A DNA stretch of 64,000 nt from positions 18,974,001 through 19,038,000 of the forward strand of contig CM052816.1 in assembly GCA_028534125.1 (NCBI GenBank), given 5' to 3'. The notes beneath the pieces are model-generated. The model made no database searches and was not told the origin of the DNA. It was given only the letters and a program-made list of their open reading frames with translations. This DNA is from Lama glama. Taxonomy: Eukaryota. This document shows, piece after piece, positions 13,120 through 25,631 of the stretch; the stretch's first letter is position 1; every line of letters begins with the position of its first letter. The position numbers and the translations under genes are program-made.

Positions 13120-13483
13120 GTCGGTAGCCAGCCTCCAAGATGGCACCCAGTCATCCTCACCTCCCGTCACTCATACCCTTGCGCAGTGCCCCTGACGCTG
13201 CACAGGGCTGCACACTAGGATACTGCAGAGAGGGTGGTGTATGACTTCCGAAGTGGGTCAGAAAAGACAGTGCAGTTTTTCCTTGCTCTCTCGGAACTCT
13301 CACTCTGGGGGAAGCCAGACACCACGACTTGAGGACATTCAAGCAGCCCAGTGAAGAGTCCCCAAGGTGAGGAACTGAGGCTCTTGCCAACAGCCGCGTG
13401 AGAGAGCCATCTTGAAAGCAAATCCTCCAACTCCAGTCATCCCTTCAAACAACTGCAGCCTGTTGACATCCTGACTGCAAACT
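13120..13483 (+). mobile_element. MLT1F-like LTR (5' portion)
   Basis: ggtagccagcctccaagatggc...ctctgggggaagccag...gaggaactgaggc...ctgcagcc...acatcctgactgcaa. Confidence 0.8.
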
Positions 13484-14182
13484 TGTCCTAGTCAGTTCAG
13501 GATGCTTTAACAAAATGCTGCTGCTGGGTCCCAACCTCAAGAGTTCCCTGGGTGAGATTGCAAACTAGCCCCCATATATATGTGGGGCAAAGCGAAACTG
13601 AAGGAAGAGGCAGACCACTCCAGATTGGTAGGTGGCAGTTTTAACAAGCAAGGAAATTCACACACAAAGCTAGTCTTGGGCGGCTGCAAGACAATTAGAT
13701 CTCTGCACCTGCCCACCAGACTCTTAAAGTTTATATAGAGGCCTTAACTGGACTCAGTTCCTCATACCGTCCAGATAGTCCCTCTCAAGGCTGTGTCCTT
13801 GAAGTGGCTCCTAGTACAAGAACAGAGACTGTGCTATACATTTCAAGGACAAGGGAGGGGGTAAGGAGCCTTTGATTAACCAGATGGAGCTTGCACATCA
13901 ACTGGCAGTCACGTCCTCTCTGTGAATCCTCCAACGACTACAGACTGAGTGGCTTATAAACTAACAGACATTTATTTCCCACAACTCTGGGGGCTGGAAG
14001 TCTGAGATCGGGGTACCAGCACAGTCGGGTTTGAGTGAGGGCCTCTTCCACAGTTGCAACTTCTCACTGTGTCCTCACATGGTGGAAGGGTCAAGGGAGC
14101 TCTCTGGGGTCCCTTTGATAAGGACACTAATCCCATTCATGAGGGCTCTACTCTCATTACATAATCACCTTCCAAAGGCCAC
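13484..14182 (-). mobile_element. MLT1A-like LTR split by a nested LTR
   Basis: tgtcctagtcagttcaggatgctttaacaaaat (13484-13521) resumes at 13937 with actacagactgagtggcttataaac...gctggaagtctgagatc...taatcccattcatgaggg. Confidence 0.8.
13522..13936 (-). mobile_element. Solo ERV LTR of unassigned family nested in MLT1A
   Basis: ~415 bp with TG...C(A>G) termini, minus-strand TATA (tttatatag at ~13730) and degenerate 5-bp TSD GCTGC/ACTAC. Confidence 0.65.
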
Positions 14183-17100
14183 TCAGATAAGGACTCTCAG
14201 CCCTTGCCCAGTTTCTAGGAATCCAGGACAACTCCAAGGTTCCAATTTACAACAACTTCATTTGCACAAAGTTTTCCAGAAAATGTCTTATACACACCCA
14301 AAAAGCAACAACCTTTCTAGGACGCGATGTCAGCACCCCAGGCAGTAAAACTCTGCTAAGGGGTCTCTTCTCTATCTGATTACTTGTCCCTGTGGCAGCT
14401 CCATGATTTTGCTTTTTATTTCTCAGCACCTACTGTGTGTCAGGCTGAGGCTGAGTTCTGAGGACACTGAAAGGAAAGACCAGGCCCAGCACCTATCATG
14501 AACTCAAATGTTTGTTGAAGAAGTGTGAGCTGACCTGGAACGGGTTCTGAAGATGCTTAGGAAATTTTCATCTCAGTCTTCAACTATCCCTTGATCATAT
14601 GAAAAAGAAAGAAAATAAATTTCTGCTGTCAGGACACCTCCCAAGCTGTCCCAGACAGTGGCTTGCCCCGGCCCTCTGCAGCGAGATTTCCCTGGCATCT
14701 CAAGTTAGCCAAGGAAAATGGTTGCTGCTTCCCCTGACCTCCATCCTGAAGTCTGAAGCAGGACTCCTGGGTCTCTGTGCAGGACAGAGGGGCTACTCCA
14801 GCCCTGCTTCCTTGAGTAGTGAGGACCCAGCGGTCTGACCCACCAGCCATGTCAAGCACAGTGGGCTGGGGTAAATGACTTGTGTCTGTGTGGCCCCACA
14901 CAGAGAGATTCTTCATAGTTCAGTCAGCAGAGTAAATATTTAGAAAGAGAGGTCCTTTCCTTAGAGGACCAGGCTTCGTCTTCCTATTCTGACTGGAAGG
15001 ACTTGGTTGGATGGAGTCTGTTACAATGGGAAGGAGAATTGGGAGCAGCAGCAGGCAGACCAACACAGTGGCTTAAGTGACGGCAGTGACCAGTGCCAAG
15101 GGGAGAGCTGACCCAACAACCAGAGTGAGGAGCCTCTGCCAGGATCCTCCAGGACACCCTAGGGAGCCTTTGCACATGTCCTGCCTTCAGCTTTCCCATG
15201 GGACTGGGAATGGTGCCCAGGACAATCTCCAAGCATCTTTCTCTAAAAGCAAATATCCCCAAGGCTCCCGAGGGCAGAGAGGGTCTGTACCTACTCCTTA
15301 GCCATTCCCCAGCCCCTTCTTCCAGCCACGTAACTGCTCTTCTCTCTTCAGTTAAAGCCATCCATGGAGTCTGCTTTCCAAACAAGGCCCCAGGGTCCTC
15401 CTGGGGCAGCTGGCCAACAACTCTGGGTGGTTAAATTCCTTCCATTCCTGACTCTTCACCTCAGGATGCTCATGACCTGGCTCTCAGAGGGAAAACCTTT
15501 TAAGCCCCCTCATGGTTAGAGGTCATTAGGGTCTCTTCAGGGACGTAAAGATTTGTTTCAGAAATAACGGATTAAGTTCCACCTGTCCCAGGTAATTGAG
15601 AAGGCCAGGCCCCCCTGTGCCTGCCCCAGGCTCTGTCTTGGTGGATGCCAACTTTAATGGCAACTGCTAGCAGTCACTATTCTAGCTCACAAAGGGGAAA
15701 CAGAATCCACAACTTGAAGTCTGAATCAGTCAAAACTAGTCATGTCTTGAAACAGGCATTGTTTTATAATAGCCCGACCCTGACTTACTGATAAGAGAAA
15801 GGGTGCTGGGGAGGACTTCCCTGCCCGCAGACCTCCCAGCAGAGCTCCTGGCTACAGAGAACCAGGTCTGAGTCTCAGGTGGCTTAGGGAACAGAGAAGG
15901 AAGCATTCCACAGAACTATACTCAGCAGTCTTGGGCTGCCTCACTGTATGATCCCTGGTTTTCTGTTTCTTGGGTGTCTGACTTCTGATTTAATAAAGGT
16001 CCAGAAGATCCTTACTCTGCTTCTATGGGGCAGCATCAAAAGTGAGGAAACTACCATGATAGCACGTGCAGACAACTCCCACCCCACCTGCCATTCGCTC
16101 AGGGCTAGAAAGACACCTGAGGCTGCTCACAACACTCCTATCTCTACTTCTTGGCACTCTGGAACAACCCATTGGCCCTCCAGCTCAGAGAGTCAGTGCT
16201 CATTCTGCCAAAGGAAGTGGGCATTTGCCCTCTGTTGGGCCACCTTGTATCCATTAGCCCATCCAAACACTTCCGTTTATTTTAGGATTTTGCCACTAGC
16301 CAGCCTGATATAGTCTGAGTGAAATGACAAATCCAGATGTATTCTGAAAATACAGGACCGTCCATACAGCCAGGCCAATGTGTACATAAGACCAGCCCAT
16401 GCTCCCTCTGTAGACTCTGAATTCCTAGCAACTGGCAGAGGCAGAGCATGCACTGTCCAGACTGTTCCCAAGTTTCCTATCTCCTGTTCACTCCGGATCC
16501 CAGATCAGGGCTTCAAAGCAAGGGTACTGGCTGTGACAGAGGTGCTCTCTGTCCTCAACAGCAGGAGCACAAAGGGCACCTAGTAATCCCCTTCTGCAGG
16601 GGCTGAAGAGTGAAAGTGGGGAACTGAGTGGTAGGTGAAGTGAGGGAGTTGGGATGAAAGCTTTTCAGAGACAAATCACATCTGGGACAGAGGAATTGCA
16701 GTCACCAACATGTGCTGACATTCATGTATATAAGCCAGGCCACATAGGCACCAAGTGGGGGCCCAACATAAAAAAGACCCAAATCCGCATGTCTTTTCCT
16801 ACGGTCCTAGACACCTTTTAAACAACAGTCACAGCACCTTAGGTCAGCCAGCCTCCCCAAGGGGCTAAGAGTCAGGCCCATGAACACGTTTCCTGAACAC
16901 CTACTCCATGCTGCTCAATGGCTTAGATGTCTCACCACTGACCCGCCCCTGCCCCCAGGAACCAAGCTTCATCAGGCCCATAGCCACACCGTGAGTGTAC
17001 ATATAAACACAGACTGCAATGACAATAAAGGACAAGGGAGGTGACCTGGGTTGGGTAGGGGGTATAGCCAGGGAAGGAAGGCAAATGTTCAAATCTTAGT

Positions 17101-17339
17101 TCGCCCCACTTTTAGCCTCACAGCCCTCCCTACCCTTGGCCCCAGCCATTCTTGGAAGCAGAGAGCACTACCCAGAGCCTTTACTCAGTTCCCGGAGGCT
17201 GGCTCCTTGACAGGTTAGGAAATGAACTCATTAGGATTTCATCCTTCTTTTCACAGCCCCCTCTCCCCACCCCCTGCTCCCATTTGCATCACTAAATCAA
17301 CACTTTTCTCTCTCTGGTCCAGTTAAGTGGTCCCTAATG

Positions 17340-17770
17340 TGGGGGAGGCCTGGCGTCGCTGGCGAACCAAGGAACCCTGAGGCACCTGGCCGCTGGCAAG
17401 CTCACCTGCAGTGCTGTTGGATAAGGGCAGGCGGTGGGCACAGAGAGGGCCCCTACCCAGACCCAATAGGGGCGGGAGGCCCAGCTCTGGATCTGTCAAT
17501 CACACAGGCTCCGCAGCTGCGCTCTCTTCAGCCCCAGAGAGCTGCTCCTCAGAGGGAGATAAACATCGAGAAATCCAATCCAGCTCGGCTTCGGAGATAA
17601 ACAGATGTGCGGGCAGCCATCGGTCAGGAGATAACGCCCCCGCTCCGCCCCACGCGCCTGCTTGGCCCTGCACCTGCCCAAAGCGACCAGGACTCGCCTC
17701 TTGGGAGGCAAAGCTGCGTCTCCCCAGCCTGGAGGAAAGGGTCTCCAGTACCGCGTGTAGCGGTGGAGTT
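17340..17770. promoter_or_regulatory. CpG-rich promoter/enhancer-like element
   Basis: CCAAT 17463, GC box 17469, PBX-MEIS/PREP decamer (CTGTCAATCA 17493-17502), three GGAGATAA sites, retained CpGs. Confidence 0.55.
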
Positions 17771-17789
17771 AAGAGAAGAAGTTAGCTTT

Positions 17790-17925
17790 GTAACTCTTAG
17801 AGCCTGGGCTTTGGAACCGGATGCCAGGATTCAAGTCCTGGCTCTGTCACTGTTTAACAAGTGAAAGCAACCATGAGCCCAGATGTTCCCATCTATAAGA
17901 TGGAGATAATCAAGGGTACCTCACT
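17790..17925 (+). mobile_element. MIR SINE
   Basis: gggctttggaacc...ggattcaagtcctggctctgtcact...cccatctataagatggagataat. Confidence 0.7.
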
Positions 17926-18719
17926 AAGTACCCTCTTTGACATTAAAAGAAGTCAAAGTAAGCCTTAGTAAAGAGTAGTGGCCAACATTAGTCAGCCAAC
18001 GATCCCAGTAAGCAGTCGCCGCACCCCCCATCTTTATGGGCATTAAAAAGGGCCCAAGGCATTTGAGGTGGTGGAAAGGATTGTGGCCACACACAAAACT
18101 CCCACACTTAGAGAGGAGCTGATGGTTCACATCTGGAGTTGGGATCTACTACTTCCCTCCATGCCTTGGCCTGTGATGGACACAGCCCTGAAAATGACAG
18201 TTCAGGGGTGACACAGCAGATGATGACAAGTGAAAATGGCATCATGGTGGGAGAAGGGAGTCCAGGAGAACAGAGGGCTGGAGTGGAGGTACCATCACGA
18301 GACTCCAAAGTCTCCCACACTTGGGCACCTGGGAGATTTCCCTGCCCAGAGACCCCACACATCTAACTCATTCATTTACTCTACAGACACCTGAGGAACC
18401 TCTTTCAAGGGCCATATTCTGTGAGTAGTGACATATGGCCCCCAGCCCTCATGGTAAAGCTTAGGTGCTCAGCAGGATCAGAAATGACTGCAGACTACAC
18501 ATCTTCCCCGCTTGCCCCTGACGCCCAAACGTTCCCCACCCTACCGTGAGGCGATCATTACCTCAGCAACTGGATTAAACGGACTCTCGTTGAGGTGTGA
18601 AGGGTTGATGGATCTCTGAAGCCATATCTAATGTACAGTCTAATTTCGGTCTCTGAGACTACCAGGCCTTAAGTTAGGTGAGGGTAAGAACCCCAACCGC
18701 CCCTCCCTCCCGACACAGG

Positions 18720-20900
18720 GGAGTCAGCTCATTTGGGCAGTACGGAAGTAGTTCACGAGGAAGAGAGTGAAAGAGAACGGGGCCGTTTCCTGGCTCGCGC
18801 ACTTGTGTGCCTGCTGGGACTCAGCCGTCCAGCGCACCCAGAGCACAGTTCGCGGGCTTCGGATGGGACGGAAGGGCCAGCCCCAGATTGGAGGCAGTGG
18901 CCGCTTGGCCACATGCTGGGGACCAGTGGCAGAGTCCGAACCTAAGCTGGCCTCTTTTGTTGGCGCTCCTTCCTCCGCCTGGGGTCTGGAGGTCCGCACA
19001 AGGTCTTCCGAAGGGTCAGGAAGTGCCGGAGCCTCTAGGGTCGCGAGACCCACGTGAGCGCGCAGGACACAGGGGTTCCGAGGGAGCTAAGGACAGCACC
19101 AGCAAGCCCCCGTGGCTCTGCTGCTGAGGTGAGAAGGGAATGCCTGGCCCTGAGCCTGGCGGCTGGCCCTGGATCTCTGAGGAAAGCTGAAGGCCAGGAT
19201 CTCCGTACCCCCAGGGGCCCGCACGGCGCACGCTGTTCTCACCAAGGCGCGAAGCGCACAAAGGGCGCCGTGACGCCGTAGTGCGTACTAGTTAAAAGCT
19301 TATTAGTCCCTTCGGAGCAGTGTGATCCCACTTTGTTCCCGAACGGCCCGAGCGCGCCCTTTCATGCTATTGTGCGCGCCGCGATTTAGCTTGGCCTTTG
19401 TGGGCCTGAAAGGACCGGCGGCCTCTCGGGACCCGCATCCGCGAGACACCGCTTGGGCAGCATCGCCGTCCCCGCGCTCCCGAGGCGAGGCTTCCCTACA
19501 GCCGCTGCACTCTCCAGTCCGTCTTCCGCGCGCGGCTCCTGGGGTCGATGGCACCGGCAGCTGATGAGAGCAGACCTCAGCCCCGGCTCCTGAAGCTCTC
19601 GTATCCTCCGCCCCTACTGTCCATCCAAGGTGAAAAAATGCGTGCAGGCTCTATACCGCGACTTGGGGGCAATTGGACTGGGTTTAAAGGGCTATTGAGG
19701 CCTGGAGAGGCTGCCTTTCTGAAAAGCTTTGTGCGGTGTTTGCAGAGACATTTGCATCTGTTTGCGCTTCAGGAAAAGGCCCCGAAGGCTCCGGAGCGAG
19801 AAAGCCCGAGGATTGTTTTGTGTCGGCCTCCCCCTCCCCGCTTGGCTCCGCGCTGGCCAGCGTGGTGCGCTGAGCAGAGGCACGCAAAACCCGCCCGGTT
19901 CAAAGATTGGGCGCCCTCGCTCTCGGCCCACTTTTAAACAATTGCTCTTAACAATACAATTTTAAGCAGAAAATCGTCTAACTAGATTAAATCCACATGA
20001 CATAAAAACCAGAGGGGAAAAAGTCCGCATCGGCCTAGGGGTGCTGACGCCTAACAGGATAGAAAGTGTGAAATGCATGCAGAGGTGGGGAGACCGGCAG
20101 GTGCCCCGGCCGGCCTTCCTTTGGCCGGACAAGGGCTGGACAGCTCGCCCCGCTTCAACTCCGACGCCCCTGAAGAGGAAGGGGCTCCTTGGGGCGCAAG
20201 CGCGAGGCTAGTCTCCCACCTTTGGCGACGCGGGGAGCGCTGGTGTGTGCCCAAAATCAGGCCCTGGGCTTCCCAGCATCCCCCCCTTCCCCCGCATCTG
20301 CCCGCGCGCCCCTCCTCCAGCCTCAGGTCCGGCGATCTAGCCCAGGCTGTGCCCTCCCCTCTGCAGGGGCGAGGGGAGCAGGGCAAGGCTGGAGAAGCCG
20401 GAACGCCCTCTCCACTCGCGAGACTGAGCAGACAGGCTCTTTAATGGAATCGAATCAAAGTCAGGCCTTAGAAAGCCCCATTGCTATGGCAGCAGAGTTC
20501 CCGAAAGCGACAAAGCCCAGAGCCCCTCCCTCGCTTCTCGGCCCTACCCTCCGCTCCCCTCCCCCCGCACAGCCTGGAGCCACGCTCGCAGCGCGCTCGG
20601 ACGGGTTAATCACTGTAAAAACAAAGAGATGAAAGGCTCTCAAATTCGAGAGCTCTCGGCGGCCACCTCCCTGGCCTGGAGAAGGGGAGGGGGCCGCTCT
20701 GGCCGAGCTTTCCCGGCGAGCCAGGAAGGCGCTCCGGCCCTCCGCCGGGTGGGAGCCACATCCCACCATCCCCAGGCGACGCCGCCCACACAATCTGGCG
20801 CTTCCCAAAGGGCCTGCGGAGGCTGCTGGAGCGGACAGGCCATCTCTTCCCAACCTGCAGCCACAACCCCACAAAACAGAAGCACAAAGCCCTGGGCTTT
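18720..20900. promoter_or_regulatory. CpG island without an associated coding exon (orphan CGI)
   Basis: About 2.2 kb of very GC-rich, repeat-free sequence with dense CpG (cgcg and gcgc runs). No ORF resembles a known protein. Confidence 0.85.
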
Positions 20901-22889
20901 TTCATTGGCCCTAAGGAAATGTTTTGAGACTTAGGGGAAAAAATACCTAACTCTAAAATACAGAACAACAACAAAACCCCAGCAGATGGATATTAAGGAA
21001 TATTTAATTAAACGTCGATCATGACAGCGTCGTTATTTAATCAAGTGTAAATCAACTCATATAGTTCTATACAAATTAAATTTAATATAGGGTCTGGAGG
21101 CATTTTTATATCTTTGGTATGATGTGGGGTGTAGCTCAGGAAGAGGTTTTAAAGGCTTAAAGATTTCTTTGAAAACTCCGGCATGGGCGTCGGGGGCATG
21201 GAGTCCAAAGCTGACAGGTCCTTGTTTATTCTGTGACTGGTCCATTGGGGTACTGGCCCTGCCCTGCACTGCACCTCACTCCCACCCCCATCCTGTCAGG
21301 CAGACTGACCAGGACCCCTTTAGTGAAGCTGGAGACCCTGAGATGGCAAGCAGGGTAAGGACTTCTCTGGTCACTTTGCCTGTCAAAGACCAGGCAGGGA
21401 TGAGCCTGTGGTCTCTGGCTGGTGGTTCTTCCTTCCAACCAGTTCTGAGTTTCTGCCCTTGGAGAGGATGGGGCATTTCGGAGAAGGAGGGGCATAGAGA
21501 CACTAGTCTACAGAGGCCTCAGGGTCCAAGACTCCAGAAGAGGAGGACTTCCCAGAGACTGTCTCTCAAGTATGAAGAGAAAGCCTCTGGGCTCTCAGAG
21601 AGGTAAGGGAGACTGGTGCTGGCTCACAGTTGACTAGAGCTAATTGGAGATTTTTTTTTTTTTTGCCTGTAGATCCACAATCACCCCAGTAACCAGCATC
21701 ATCTAAGCCAAGTGTCACCCAGTCTCCTTGCTATGTTATCAAATCCCTCAAGGCAAAAAAGAGCACCCCCCACTACCCACAACACGTAGCACCCAACCTG
21801 ATTCAGTTCCTTAAAGCTCCTGATGTAGGGTCAGATATTCCCATGGTCAAGAATAACAGTCAGAAAAATCTTTTCCCCTTTCTGTGTCTTAGCATCCCCA
21901 TAATAATAGTAACTAATTCCTAAAAAGTTGTGTGGACAGTGAATGGGGGAAGAAGTGGACAAGAGAGGCCCAGCCCTGGCCTGGGTGAGGTCCACATGGG
22001 TGTCCCTGCAGATGCCTGGGGGTGGGCAGTGGCACTAGCTTCATTTCACAGTTGGGACATTGTGAGGTTACCCAGGGTGAGTCAGCTCTGCCATTTCCAG
22101 CCCTTACACACAACCATTTGTCTTTTCTGGCAAAGCCCCCAGTGATAGAAATGCCAGGGAGGAAAGTATCATTCTTGGTGAGCTTTGCTCCCAGCCTGAC
22201 CTCCATCCCTTCACTGAGGCAGAGGTTTCTCCTCTTTTCCCATTTGCCTCTCTGGGGACTGCCATCTGTCCCTGATTACCACATCCATCACTGCTGGGGA
22301 AGGGGCTGATGAGACCCACTGGGAGAGGGAACAGCATGGAGCCCACCCCCACCCACTCTGTCTCAAAAGCCTCCATCAGGAAGGCTGCTCAATCCAGCCA
22401 CTGGATCTACTTTCCCTGCGTTGTGTGCTGGGCCTAGCCTAGTCCTGGGACCCTCTTTGTGTCCCGAGCGGAATTCAGCCAGGAACCAAGCCTTCAGAGC
22501 AACATCTCCGTCTGCCTTTAAAATCTATTTTCACATCTTGTATTTCCTCTCCTGAGGATGCAGGCTTTCCTCACCTCTTCCCACCTTTCTTCACAGAAAA
22601 ATGTAAAGGGGCTGGGGGTCCAGTCTTCTGACTCTTGTGGAGCATCACGCCTGGGGCCCAGGCCAGGGGAGCCCAGAGCATGGAGCAGCCACATCCCTTC
22701 TCAGCCTCATGCTCCAACACACCCCTACCCCAGGATCTAGGAAGCCTCAGGCCCCAAGTGGGTTCCCCTTTCTATACCTCTCCCCACAGGACCAGGGAGA
22801 CACTAGGTTCACAATTTCCCTCTTCTCTGCCCGATCCCAAATCACTTTCTGAAATGGCTTGAGATTGCAGGGGGCACCCATCTTACAGT

Positions 22890-23410
22890 CATGGGAGCTG
22901 ACAGTTAAAAGCTCAGATTCTGAATCCAAGATCTGGCTCAAATCCAGCCCCACCTCTGACCTCAGTGAGCTCCTTTGTAAAATAGGGAGAGTACAGCCCC
23001 CCTCTGTGGGGCTATCGATAAGAGTAAAAGCCATAAAAAGCATTAGCCATTGTCACCACCCACAAATGTCAGCAGTTACTAGCATTCACTACCGGAACTC
23101 TCATGCCTTCCCCGTAGTCTGGGCTGGAAAGAGACTGCCAAGAATTGTGAACATAACACTCAATGTGCCATCCTCTCTACTCCTTGTTATTTTTATAGCG
23201 CTTGTATGAAGAACTTACCATCTTGGAGACACTGCTTAAGTGCTTTCACACACTTACCTCATTGACACTTCATAATCACCCCAGTATAGACATGGGCAGC
23301 CCACAGAGCAGCACAGACAGGCTGAGAGACCTGCCCAAGTTTCACAGCCAGTGATGGAGCCCAGGATTGATCCGATCCCCATTCTTCCTGCCTCCAGAAC
23401 AGTGCTGTGA
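22890..23410. mobile_element. Two MIR SINEs (+ about 22890-23050; - about 23190-23410)
   Basis: ctggctcaaatccagccccac...ctttgtaaaataggg; gacctgcccaagtttcacagccagt. Confidence 0.6.
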
Positions 23411-25631
23411 AGCCCCACCAGGCCCCTGGTCATCCCTATGCGCACATCCGGTGTCCTACCTCAGGCCAGCTGCCTCCCTCTGACCCACCAAGATGGGAAA
23501 GGGCAGACCTGGAGTAGCCCAAGCCCAGGTGGAGGAGGTGTGAGCACTTCCCTGAAGGGAACAGAAAGCTGCCTGAGGGGACGGACCAGCCAAGTCCTTT
23601 GTCTTCCGCCCACTTCCTTCTCTGCTATGTCTTGATCCCACAATGCTCACCACAAGTGCACCCTACATGGTGCTCACTACAGCCACTCACCCCACCTCTG
23701 GGCGGCACAGCTGGCAAGGATACCGCCTTTCTGATAGGGATGCCTTGGTTCTGTACCTAACTTGTCAGAAGCAACATCCCCCCTCCCCCACTGAAGGGAT
23801 TTCATGTTCTCAGGACAAGCCAGCCCTCTCAAGCTTTGATCTCACCCCACTAGTGGGACTTGATGGGCTCCATCCCTCTGAATCAGAGCAATCCAGATGT
23901 GCAGGTGGGAGAATGCTGGTCAGGGCCAACCATTTTCTGTGTTATCCACTTTGTCTGGCCTAATTTCCTCTCACTGCCCAAGAGCAGAAATATATTTAAG
24001 CATTCCAATGAATCAAGACAATGACCTATCTGCCATTGACAGTCAATTAATTAAGTCCAAGCTCCTTATTGGAAAGATGGGGAAAGGTAGGCCCAGAGAG
24101 GCAATGACTTGTCCAGAATCAGAAACTGGGGTACGGACCATACACACCAGGAAGATAGTGTTTCCTTAGTAACTGAACAGTCATTCCCTGCAGGCCCACT
24201 TCTGTTCTAGGTTTCAGGACAATACCTGTGAGATACTTGTCTCAGGGCTGAAGGGTGACCTTCTGGGGTGAAGGCTTAACCCCTCTTAACCTTTGATCTC
24301 TGGCCATCAGTCCCCTCTTGGCCTCAACTCCTTCTCCCAGGCTAAGTGAGTACAAATCTAGCATCATTCCACATGGAGGCCACCTGGGGGGACAGAGAGG
24401 CCAAAAGGCCCACCGGGGACAGAGCCCCTTTAAGCGGATCAGCCTTGGCCCAGTGAAGGGAACCCCGGAGGGAGCTCTCCATCCTCTGATAATTGCTGCG
24501 GGAAGGAGGAGCTGGGCCAGGTCCAGTCTCCCATGAGGGCCTCTCTGTCCACAGTCCCCAGACCAAAAGCCCACAGCTAGGATGTGCAAAATGCTACCAG
24601 GCCTCAGGGGAAAGCAGTTCGGTTTGAAAATCCCACAGGCCTGTGGAGAGAAGGCTTCTCCAGGAACAGTGGAGGCTGAAGAGGCCTCCACAGAGCTGGG
24701 GACTTTCAGCCTACTTGAAAGAACAAACAACTTTCGAGTGCTCTCTGGAGCATCTATTTCACTGCAAACTCTTGTTATGCTAATGGAAGAGCCTTCTTCT
24801 CTATTCATTAGAGCACATCTCCAAAAGACCTCCTTGCCGCTGCTGTGTGTCAGCGTGCCTTTCTGTGTGAGTATCTAAGAGTCAAATGGGGTCTCCAGAA
24901 AGCAGGGCTTGTGCTTCGCAGCCCCCTGCCTGCATCTGCCTGAATTAGGACGAGAGAGGACTATCACCGACATCGCCCTTATTTAGAAGTCACTTCAAGG
25001 AAATCTGCCCTTCTGGGAGCACCCCTGAGAAGCAGCCCAGAGAGAAAAATGTCCAGGCTGCACAGGGTATTTCGCCAAACCACACCTAGGACTGTGGTTG
25101 ATCATAGCGTGAACCCTGGAGTCAGACAGACCCCTGGTTCCAGTCTTGGCTGTGCACTCACAAGGCAGGATACCTAATCCTGCTCGCAGACTCTGCTTCC
25201 TCGTCTGACAAATGGTGAGGATTCTTGCAGAGGCTAGGTGCTTTCAGAAGCATTCGGCACTGTGTTTGCACACGGCAAACGAGACCTTAGGAGTGGTTCC
25301 CGCTGTGGTCTTACCCTGGTCTCTGGCTCAGCACACAGCCAGAGACGTGAACCTAGGAAGGGCAGGTTTGGGTGAAGACTTTGAAAAGGAGATCCCTGAG
25401 TATTTATTGGATGCCTGGCTGGCTCTTGGTGACCAATTTGAATAAGGGCTCAGGCATGCTCCATAGATTTCCTTTTTTAAAAAGTTAAACTAGATTCTTT
25501 TGTCTGAACAGAAGGCCCAACAGGGACAACTTCTCAGAAAGCTTAAGGAGTGCAGAGTAGATTCCTCACTTCCCTCTGACCCAGACAGGGCTCTGTCACT
25601 TACCATGCATGTCCACGGATGAGTGACCTGG

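Noticed and set aside
18724..20974. Many overlapping 70-150 aa ORFs in the CpG island
   Set aside because: Expected from stop-codon scarcity in GC-rich DNA; Pro/Arg/Ala/Gly-rich in all frames; no homeobox or bHLH motif found.
24242..24808. 188-aa minus-strand ORF
   Set aside because: No homology that I recognise, no supporting exon structure, and a random-like composition.
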